A stretch of 64,000 nucleotides of DNA, taken from assembly GCA_965223685.1 (NCBI GenBank), contig CBDCXG010000003.1:166362-230361 (forward strand), written 5' to 3'. Source of the stretch: Nitrospirales bacterium (GTDB lineage: Bacteria > Nitrospirota > Nitrospiria > Nitrospirales > UBA8639). Below, piece by piece: positions 57,112 to 64,000 of this stretch (the stretch's first letter is position 1; every line of letters begins with the position of its first letter). The position numbers and the translations under genes are program-made. The notes under the pieces were generated by a model, which was not told the DNA's origin, made no database searches, and saw nothing but the letters and a program-made list of their open reading frames with translations.

Positions 57112-57591
57112 ATGGTTCGGATTGCCTTATTTGTCTTATTACTCATCATCGTGGGGGTGGCGGTGGCGTTCCCCAAGTTTCGACGTACGCTAGGGGTGAT
57201 ACTCGTCATCTTAATGGGAGCTATTGGGCTGATCATTTGGCAGGATTCACAGGAACATGAATTAGAATTTACGCGAATTTCTTCAGATGAGGTCCAACTT
57301 CAACAAATGCAAGCGCGCCCGGGCCTAAATACCCGATCTTTCGTCGTGGATGGCCGCCTCCACAATCTTGCCCAAGACTATACCATACTTTCGGTTCAGC
57401 TCCAGGCAACTGCAAAAGACTGTTATCTTGGAAATTGTGAAGTGGTGGGGCAAGAGGATCGGATATTTCCTTTGGAAGTGCCTCCGGATCAGGCTCGGGA
57501 TTTTTCTGTCACGATCCCATTTTCTGTCACGCCAAAAGTACAAGGGGAAATTGCCTGGGAATATAAGATATTGAAAATCCGAGCTCGTTAA
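57112..57591 (+). CDS. Hypothetical membrane-anchored protein
   Basis: Two N-terminal TM helices followed by a beta-rich soluble domain. Confidence 0.7.
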   Translation: MVRIALFVLLLIIVGVAVAFPKFRRTLGVILVILMGAIGLIIWQDSQEHELEFTRISSDEVQLQQMQARPGLNTRSFVVDGRLHNLAQDYTILSVQLQATAKDCYLGNCEVVGQEDRIFPLEVPPDQARDFSVTIPFSVTPKVQGEIAWEYKILKIRAR

Positions 57592-57616
57592 CATCACCAT
57601 AAAGACAGTTGATTAA

Positions 57617-57646
57617 TTGACAATATTTGAAAGAGATTCTTATACT
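57617..57646 (+). promoter_or_regulatory. Sigma70-type promoter upstream of the OFOR operon
   Basis: TTGACA-N18-TATACT. Confidence 0.65.
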
Positions 57647-57845
57647 TCCTTCTCCTCTTTGAGGGACATTCCTCATGTCTAGGGCCAAAGACTCATCGAT
57701 TTCTTCTCAAAAAGTCTAAGATTCCTGGCAGCTGGGTCTTTTTTAGCATTGAGAATTGTCTGCGACCTCTTTACCATGAACTGTTTAAAATTTAACAAAC
57801 GAGTATTTCGTTCCAATTTCTTGAAGAATGGAGACATGTAGGACG

Positions 57846-58463
57846 ATGACCACATCTTATAAGGTGATGCCCGGCCCAGAGCATTTTTTGCCTCCTTCAG
57901 CCTCTTCCATGGGGGTCAGACTGCCCGATCCTGGGCAAGCACACATCCATGGGTCCATCGTCTCAGAAGAAGAGGCCATGGAGCAGGCCGCCAAGGAATT
58001 TCTTGCAGCGAAAGTTCCAACCGTCTTCCCAGGCCCCTTGGTGCTATGGGCTTGGAATGAAAAAGCTGCAAAAAAGGCGAAAGCCGTTCGGCATCTCTAT
58101 GAAACTATTAAGGAATGTGTGGACCCTAAACTCCAACAGGCCATGCTAATCCCAATGCCTGATTACCGACCGAAATACCCCAAGATTAATCCTGAAATTG
58201 AAATCAACCCAAATCACCCTAATCTCACTATTTGGCATAATAAAATCGATGCCTGCATGTTTGTAGGCGTGCATTGTCATCAAGCCAATCTATCCCTCAA
58301 GATTATTCGGGGGGGGACGAGCTGTTATACGGTTGCCATGTGCGCGCAGGCAGGTCATGAAGACGCTATGCTCTCATTTCGTGATGCGACTGCCGAAAAG
58401 ATAGGCAGATTGGCTGATTGGGTGAAAAAGTTAAAGGGCACTGTGCCACCGCCATCTGCATGA
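57846..58463 (+). CDS. forD: Five-subunit 2-oxoacid:ferredoxin oxidoreductase, delta subunit
   Basis: First gene of a D-A-B-G-E order; IPMPDYRPKYPKINPE...NHPNLTIWHNKI. For versus Por is inferred from gene order. Confidence 0.75.
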   Translation: MTTSYKVMPGPEHFLPPSASSMGVRLPDPGQAHIHGSIVSEEEAMEQAAKEFLAAKVPTVFPGPLVLWAWNEKAAKKAKAVRHLYETIKECVDPKLQQAMLIPMPDYRPKYPKINPEIEINPNHPNLTIWHNKIDACMFVGVHCHQANLSLKIIRGGTSCYTVAMCAQAGHEDAMLSFRDATAEKIGRLADWVKKLKGTVPPPSA

Positions 58464-58581
58464 TCTGGCAAGCCATAGTCCTGATGCCCACTATCGCAAG
58501 GAAAAGCGATAGATTAGAATAATAGGTAGTGAATACTCCTGAGCATCATTCACCTGAAGCATTAAAGAAGGAGGTCTTGAC

Positions 58582-59793
58582 ATGGCCACTCAAGCTTCGT
58601 TCATAGGACAAAAGAATAAGAAAGATCAGGTATACACTGATCCCTGGAAAATGATGTATGAGGCGGAGAGGACCCCTTCATTTTTTACGGGGAGTGAAGT
58701 GATTAAGGAGGCGATTCGTCGCGCTTCTTGTGATGTCATGATCGCGTATCCCATTACCCCGCAAAGTGAGGCGGCAGCCTTAATCGGCGAACTTTTTGCT
58801 GAGGGATATATTGGGGATTATTTCAGAGGTGAGAGCGAATTCGCGGTGATGTCTCAATGTGCCGGAGCGGCTTTTGGCGGAGCGAGGGTCTTTACGACGA
58901 CGGCAGGCCCAGGAACAATGCGGGCGATGGAAAACTTTCCTATGTGGGCCGGAGCTCGGTTGCCCATTCAAATGATTGTGACCTGCCGTGGTATTAATTC
59001 CCCGCTCTCGATCCAACCAGATACTTTGGAAATTTCCTATCTCATGCAAACAGGGATGCTCGTATGGCATGCGGAAACGGCCCAAGATTTTTATGACTGG
59101 ATTCTAAAGGGGTATATGGTATCAGAAGAACCTGACGTGCATTTACCTTTAGCCTTATGCTGTGATGGATTCTTTGTGACGCATACAAAAGATATGGTTG
59201 ATCTGACTCCTGTCGATATGTGTTTGCCTCCGTATGATCCCTACCGATCTCCAGTTCCATGTATGGACATGGAATGTCCGCCGGTTCGGATGATGCGAGA
59301 TCCCTTTGTCATGAAAAGCAACTACATTAGTTATGCAACCCATGCGAGTTGGCAACAAGAGGTGTGGGCAGCGGTTGAACGGTCACGGAAGCATACCATT
59401 CGTTGGATGGATGGGCTGGTTGATACAGAAAATACTGATGCGGATGTTCTTGTTGTGGCGTCGGGAACAGCCGTGTCGCAAAGCCGTGAGGCCATTGCGA
59501 TGTTAGAAGATGAAGGCATTACGGTGGGGCTTGTGAAAGTGAAGACCTTACGCCCCTGGCCTGGGGAAGAAATCAGAGAAGCTACCAAACATGCCAAGCA
59601 TATTATTGTCCCTGAATTTAATGTTACGGGATGGTTGGCACGAGAAGTCTCTGCCACGATACCAAACAATGAACGGGTGCATGCTGGCCCCCATGTCTGT
59701 GGCGGGATGACAATGCCACCGGAGATCATTGCCAGTGAGATCAAAACCTTAATGGGGATGAAAGTGGAAACGTTGTCGGCTCGTGGGAGCTGA
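58582..59793 (+). CDS. forA: 2-oxoacid:ferredoxin oxidoreductase alpha subunit
   Basis: AYPITPQSE, ESEFAVMS, TTTAGPG. Confidence 0.85.
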   Translation: MATQASFIGQKNKKDQVYTDPWKMMYEAERTPSFFTGSEVIKEAIRRASCDVMIAYPITPQSEAAALIGELFAEGYIGDYFRGESEFAVMSQCAGAAFGGARVFTTTAGPGTMRAMENFPMWAGARLPIQMIVTCRGINSPLSIQPDTLEISYLMQTGMLVWHAETAQDFYDWILKGYMVSEEPDVHLPLALCCDGFFVTHTKDMVDLTPVDMCLPPYDPYRSPVPCMDMECPPVRMMRDPFVMKSNYISYATHASWQQEVWAAVERSRKHTIRWMDGLVDTENTDADVLVVASGTAVSQSREAIAMLEDEGITVGLVKVKTLRPWPGEEIREATKHAKHIIVPEFNVTGWLAREVSATIPNNERVHAGPHVCGGMTMPPEIIASEIKTLMGMKVETLSARGS

Positions 59794-59842
59794 GTGGATA
59801 TGATACTGAGACCCTTGAACTAACCTTCGTAGGAGATCAATT

Positions 59843-60754
59843 ATGAGCAAAGAACGTATAAAAATAGCCGAAGAGATGTACGATATTATGCCCGTTGAAT
59901 ATCAAGATCTTGTCAAACGAGCGACGTTTGGAAATGAAACACGAGGGTGGAAAGATATTGGAGGTGCCAAGGAGCTCATCGAAGAACATTCGCTCTGCGC
60001 TGGTTGTCCGGAGTCTATGGCTTTTCGTTATATCCTAGCCTCTCTACCCAATCCTGAGGATACCGTGATGGTAGGGTCAACTGGTTGTACAAGTTTGGTG
60101 TTTCCACATGTGGCCGTCCACAATATTCATTCCTTGTTTGGGAACCAAAATGCCATTGCTTCAGGGTTAAAGCGAGCACTCAGTGTGCGTTTCCCTGATC
60201 GAACCAAAGATGTCGTGGTGTTGGCGGGAGACGGGGCAACCGTGGATATTGGATTGGATATGACTTTGCAAGCATGGTTTAGGCAAGAGAAATTTACAAC
60301 CATTTGTTTTGACAATGAACTGTATGCCAACACTGGTGGGCAAGAAAGTGGGCTCATGCAAAAAGGGTTTGTCGCCAAAATGGCGCCAGTCGGGAAGTCA
60401 TTTGAAAAAGTGCGCCTTCCTGAAATTGCTCGTGAGTCGGGTTGTCACTATGTTGTGCAATGTACTGTAAGTAAGCCAAATCTGGTGGAAAAAGTCATTA
60501 AAAATGCGATTCATGTGGCTCGGGAAATTGGGCCAACATACCTGCAATTATATACTCCGTGTATTTTGGAAATTGGGAAAAATAGTATGGAAGGGTTACA
60601 GGAAATGCGAGATTCTGAAAAGCCTTCAGAGCGGTTTGCTATGAAAGAATTCGTCAGTGAACCGGCTAGGGAATTGTTAGCTGAATTAGCTGCAAAAGAA
60701 AAAGAACGCAAAGCTGAAGCGAAAAAAAGAAAACTTGCGGCCCAAAATGCGTAG
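59843..60754 (+). CDS. forB: 2-oxoacid:ferredoxin oxidoreductase beta subunit (TPP-binding)
   Basis: CAGC, GDGATVDIG...DNELYANTGGQ. Confidence 0.85.
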   Translation: MSKERIKIAEEMYDIMPVEYQDLVKRATFGNETRGWKDIGGAKELIEEHSLCAGCPESMAFRYILASLPNPEDTVMVGSTGCTSLVFPHVAVHNIHSLFGNQNAIASGLKRALSVRFPDRTKDVVVLAGDGATVDIGLDMTLQAWFRQEKFTTICFDNELYANTGGQESGLMQKGFVAKMAPVGKSFEKVRLPEIARESGCHYVVQCTVSKPNLVEKVIKNAIHVAREIGPTYLQLYTPCILEIGKNSMEGLQEMRDSEKPSERFAMKEFVSEPARELLAELAAKEKERKAEAKKRKLAAQNA

Positions 60755-60783
60755 TTGGAGAGACATGTGAGAGGAGCCAACAT

Positions 60784-61488
60784 ATGATTTTACGTCGAAT
60801 CAATATTAGAATGTCGGGGCTGGGAGGCCAGGGTGCTGTGACTGCAGCCCATGTAATGGCCATGGCGGCCTCAAAGGATGGTAAGTTTGCCATTTCCAAT
60901 CCATTTTTTGGTGCTGAAAAACGGATGGCACCCGCGGAGAGCTACTGCCGTATTGGATTGAGGAAAATTTATGATCGTGGGGAGTTGGTCTTTCCCGATG
61001 TCATTCAGGTCTTTCATCCCCAGGTGATCACGATGGGAAAGAGTTATACCATGCCTTTCTACTCAGGCATTAAAGAAGGAGGCTTGGTGATTATTAATAC
61101 CGATATGCCTCTTTTGGCGGATGAAGATGTGAAGCATCTCAAAGATATGAATGTGTCGGTTTTTAATATTCCTGGGACCAACATTGCGATGGATATTGCT
61201 GGCACTGAATTGGCAACTAACATGACCATGATTGGTTCGGTGTCTGGGATTACCAAGTGTGTGTCAATGAATGCCTTGGATTTAGCTTTGCAAGAACGAT
61301 TTGGGAAAAAATTTGTGGCTTCTGGTGGAACCGCCACCTTGGATGAAGCCATTAAGAAAAAATTTGCCAAGAAAGAAATGTTACTGAAAAAGAATTTGGA
61401 AACTGTGAAACGAGCCTATGAAATGGGAGCGGAATGGGCGGAGAAGAACAATGTCGAAGTGATGGTTGGAGAAGTCGCTGCGGCGTAA
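60784..61488 (+). CDS. forG: 2-oxoacid:ferredoxin oxidoreductase gamma subunit
   Basis: GLGGQGAVTA, FFGAEKRMAP. Confidence 0.85.
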   Translation: MILRRINIRMSGLGGQGAVTAAHVMAMAASKDGKFAISNPFFGAEKRMAPAESYCRIGLRKIYDRGELVFPDVIQVFHPQVITMGKSYTMPFYSGIKEGGLVIINTDMPLLADEDVKHLKDMNVSVFNIPGTNIAMDIAGTELATNMTMIGSVSGITKCVSMNALDLALQERFGKKFVASGGTATLDEAIKKKFAKKEMLLKKNLETVKRAYEMGAEWAEKNNVEVMVGEVAAA

Positions 61489-61532
61489 ATGGGCATCTTG
61501 CCGAAGAAACAACGATAAAGGAAGCATGATAG

Positions 61533-61811
61533 ATGTATAATGTTGCTCAAGTAACGGATGACAAGTGTGTGGCAAAAAAGGGTTGTCGGCTCTGCATCAT
61601 GTATTGTCCAGAGGCGAATTGCTTGGATTTGAATCCAGGAAAAATGGTAGCCGAAGTCAATATTGATCGATGTAAGGGATGTGAATTGTGTAAGGTCGTT
61701 TGTGACGCCGCCAAACATGAGGCGGTTGAAATGGTGGCCGTGAATTCGGATGGGACGCTTTTAGATAAGGCTGGTGAAGCTGCGGAGTTAGGCCAAGCCT
61801 ACCAAGGATAA
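61533..61811 (+). CDS. forE: 2-oxoacid:ferredoxin oxidoreductase epsilon subunit (ferredoxin-like)
   Basis: CRLCIMYCP and CKGCELCKVVC [4Fe-4S] motifs. Confidence 0.85.
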   Translation: MYNVAQVTDDKCVAKKGCRLCIMYCPEANCLDLNPGKMVAEVNIDRCKGCELCKVVCDAAKHEAVEMVAVNSDGTLLDKAGEAAELGQAYQG

Positions 61812-61823
61812 TTTTTTCATTTG

Positions 61824-61875
61824 AAAAGCCCTGCGATATTTCTCTGAGTAGATGAAGTTCGCAGGGCTTTTTTTA
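61824..61875 (+). terminator. Intrinsic terminator after the OFOR operon
   Basis: AAAAGCCCTGCGA ... TCGCAGGGCTTTTTTT. Confidence 0.75.
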
Positions 61876-61939
61876 TGTGTTTCAGTATGGCTTTCATCTT
61901 TGGCGAGGTCTAAGGGATGTTCATGAGAGGGGCACAATA

Positions 61940-62203
61940 ATGACCGATGATCTTCGCGAGCAAATGGATACCTTAGCCACACAAATGAAAAACTTCCATA
62001 CCTCCCTTGAGGTCAAAGCCCGGGATATGGAAATGACGGGGGGAGATTCTGAAGTCGTCAGCAAACTCATCAACGGGGCTGATGCCATGAGAGACAGCGC
62101 GAATATTTATTTGTCTTGGGCTCGACATTATGTGAATCTCTCAGAGGGCGGGGCGTCTGAGGCAGACGAAGGAGAAGAAGATTCAGACGATTTTCAATTT
62201 TAG
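61940..62203 (+). CDS. Hypothetical protein (helical, acidic C-terminus)
   Basis: MTDDLREQMD...EEDSDDFQF after GAGGGG RBS. Confidence 0.7.
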   Translation: MTDDLREQMDTLATQMKNFHTSLEVKARDMEMTGGDSEVVSKLINGADAMRDSANIYLSWARHYVNLSEGGASEADEGEEDSDDFQF

Positions 62204-62306
62204 TTCTCAAAAAGACCAAAAACTGTTTCCCTGTTCTTGAAGAATATCGGTTGTCCGGCTAGAATCATCTAGACGAAAAAAATATTTCAATACAGACGAT
62301 ATCCAT

Positions 62307-62382
62307 TCCTCGGTAGCTCAGTTGGTAGAGCGTTCGGCTGTTAACCGAATGGTCGCAGGTTCGAGTCCTGCCCGGGGAGCCA
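62307..62382 (+). tRNA. tRNA-Asn (GTT)
   Basis: 76 nt; acceptor TCCTCGG/CCGGGGA, D arm AGCTCAGTTGGTAGAGC, anticodon arm TTCGG-CT-GTT-AA-CCGAA, GTTCGAGTC T loop, encoded CCA. Confidence 0.97.
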
Positions 62383-62390
62383 ATTTGAGA

Positions 62391-62427
62391 AAAGCCCTCT
62401 GTACATCATGTACAGAGGGCTTTTTTT
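62391..62427 (+). terminator. Intrinsic terminator after tRNA-Asn
   Basis: AAAGCCCTCTGTACA-TCA-TGTACAGAGGGCTTTTTTT. Confidence 0.85.
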
Positions 62428-62458
62428 GTCTCAGATGCTTTTGGAGTATTTCTTTTAA

Positions 62459-62649
62459 GGGCGTGTTGAATAATGAAGACATCGATAGCCATATTTCTCC
62501 ATGAAGCAATTGGTGATCAATGGCTTCGGGTCCGTTCAAAACAGTTCGTTCAGCAAGGCCGCAGCCCTTTTTGCGCGCGGAGCGTACTGGCACTACGTGA
62601 GTACGGAAAAAGGGCGAGAACGCCGCTGGCGGATTTTTTCAACGGACCC
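62459..62649. mobile_element. MITE-A copy 7 (191 bp)
   Basis: Ends GGGCGTGTTGAA / TTCAACGGACCC; TSD TTTAA (62454-62458, 62650-62654). Confidence 0.93.
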
Positions 62650-62876
62650 TTTAACTTGCGATTCCCCCTGGTCGTGCGATGGGGATCTGCATTCCTTGGC
62701 CATTCAGCGAAAAGAATGGAAGGCAAGAGTTGTCTTTTTTGACAGATTTTTGCATGATGTGGCACAACGCTAAAATTGAAGCTACGAATTTCTGCTTTGA
62801 GGAGATATCAAGTAGAGTACAGAAATTTTTTGTTGCCTCGTGTTCGTTTAAATATCCAATTTTTGTGGTATTTGTC

Positions 62877-63542
62877 ATGAATGTACGCCATCATCCGTTT
62901 AAAAATGTGCCGTTATTTTCTGATCTGACTGATAAGGAGTTGTCTGTCTTGGCTGCGTCAGGCAAGAGTCGAAAATTTCCTGCCAAGAATGTGGTCTTCC
63001 AAGAAGGAGAGCCTGGTGACGTGCTGCTGGTGATCTTGTCGGGGAAGGTCAAAGTCTTGCTTACAGGGAAAGACGGACAAGAATTTATTTTGACCATGCT
63101 GGGTCCAGAAAATTTTTTCGGGGAAATGGCCATATTAGAAGCAGCTCCACGTTCAGCCACCGTTATGACCGTCGAGCCCAGTGAATTTTTGCTCCTCGAG
63201 CAAAAAGACTTAATTGGGCTTATCAAAAAACATCCAGGAATCGCCGTAAAAATTCTGAAACATCTCTCCCAACGTCTACGCAAAACCAATGAACAAATCC
63301 GAAGTCTGGTCATGTTTGATATTTATGGTCGAGTGGGACGTTGTCTCCTGAATTTGGCAGAAACACAAGGTGGACGGGCGAATGGCCAGTTTCTGGTCCC
63401 GAATCGCCCCTCGTTTCAAGAGTTGGCGAAGATGGTGGGCTGTTCACGAGAAACATTAAGCCGCGCCATGAAAGCCCTCAAAGACAATGGATGCCTAACC
63501 GTTACGCGCAATACAATCTACATCAATAAGGTCTGGGAATAA
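62877..63542 (+). CDS. Crp/Fnr-family transcriptional regulator
   Basis: cNMP domain FFGEMAILEAAPRSATV; HTH ELAKMVGCSRETLSR. Confidence 0.93.
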   Translation: MNVRHHPFKNVPLFSDLTDKELSVLAASGKSRKFPAKNVVFQEGEPGDVLLVILSGKVKVLLTGKDGQEFILTMLGPENFFGEMAILEAAPRSATVMTVEPSEFLLLEQKDLIGLIKKHPGIAVKILKHLSQRLRKTNEQIRSLVMFDIYGRVGRCLLNLAETQGGRANGQFLVPNRPSFQELAKMVGCSRETLSRAMKALKDNGCLTVTRNTIYINKVWE

Positions 63543-63811
63543 CGCCATGTGGTATCAGAGCAGGAATACCACAAAAGGTGATGTAGGTCACTGACAAGAC
63601 CAATGCCTTGTAGGTACAGTCAAGGCTAAACTACCCCACGTATTTTTTCTTTTATACAAGGTCTAGGTTCTTCTCTGCGTGGGGATGCTCATAGTTGCAG
63701 GACTCAACGGATCTTCTCCGTTCTCTCACTTTTTCACTTTCTGAACACGGGAACTGTACTTATATTAGGTATGAAATATTTCTCGGCCAGAAGGCCAGAC
63801 ATTGTCTGAAT

Positions 63812-64000
63812 GGGCGTGTTGAATGATGAAGACATCGATAGCCATATTTCTCCATGAAGCAATTGGTGATCAATGGCTTCGGGTCCGTTCAAAACAGTTC
63901 GTTCAGCAAGGCCGCAGCCCTTTTTGCGCACGGAGCGTACTGGCAATACGTGAGTACGGAACAAGGGCGAGAACGCCGCTGGCGGCTTTTTTCAACGGAC
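63812..64000. mobile_element. MITE-A copy 8, runs off the window edge
   Basis: Nearly identical to copy 7; left end GGGCGTGTTGAA. Confidence 0.9.

Noticed and set aside
57846-61811. OFOR operon as a novel system
   Set aside because: Five-subunit For/Por enzymes of the reductive TCA cycle are established in Nitrospirota and Aquificota.
62307-62382. tRNA-Asn as attachment site of an integrated element
   Set aside because: No duplicate of its 3' end found elsewhere in the window and no adjacent integrase.
1092-63529. Numerous antisense and off-frame ORFs in the six-frame track
   Set aside because: They overlap well-supported genes, lack RBS or motifs, and duplicate only because the host genes are duplicated (for example the shadows of the two kinases).
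1-64000. CRISPR array
   Set aside because: Repeats are dispersed, long or degenerate; no regularly spaced direct repeats and no cas genes.

Overview
Bacterial chromosomal window, most likely from a Nitrospirota (Nitrospirales-like) nitrite oxidiser. This is inferred from the five-subunit 2-oxoacid:ferredoxin oxidoreductase operon, the argB-hslU-hslV-xerC-trmFO block and the group 2a hydrogenase. Left to right: (1) a signalling operon headed by an ammonium-transporter/histidine-kinase fusion, with a second kinase and three receiver proteins, none with a DNA-binding output (1.2-8.8 kb); (2) an Omp85-type gene with an in-frame amber stop; (3) an accessory array of short unrelated genes (EthD, VOC, orphan, methyltransferases, OsmC, SigZ-ArsM) separated by a degenerate palindromic repeat that is itself the target of a small IS1182-like MITE (10.7-17 kb); (4) an IS630 element; (5) a ~22 kb minus-strand group 2a [NiFe]-hydrogenase island with extended hyp operon, two HiPIP-like proteins, a sigma54 promoter, a HoxA/HupR-like activator and candidate Ni-uptake genes, interrupted by a ParDE pair; (6) mixed accessory genes, a Cpx-like module and pqiAABC; (7) core genes, the for-type OFOR operon, tRNA-Asn and a Crp regulator. 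A 191-bp MITE with 12-bp TIRs and 5-bp target-site duplications occurs nine times and breaks parE and a VOC gene. No CRISPR, rRNA or integron integrase was seen. Start codons were adjusted by eye where an RBS or domain boundary argued against the ORF-track start.
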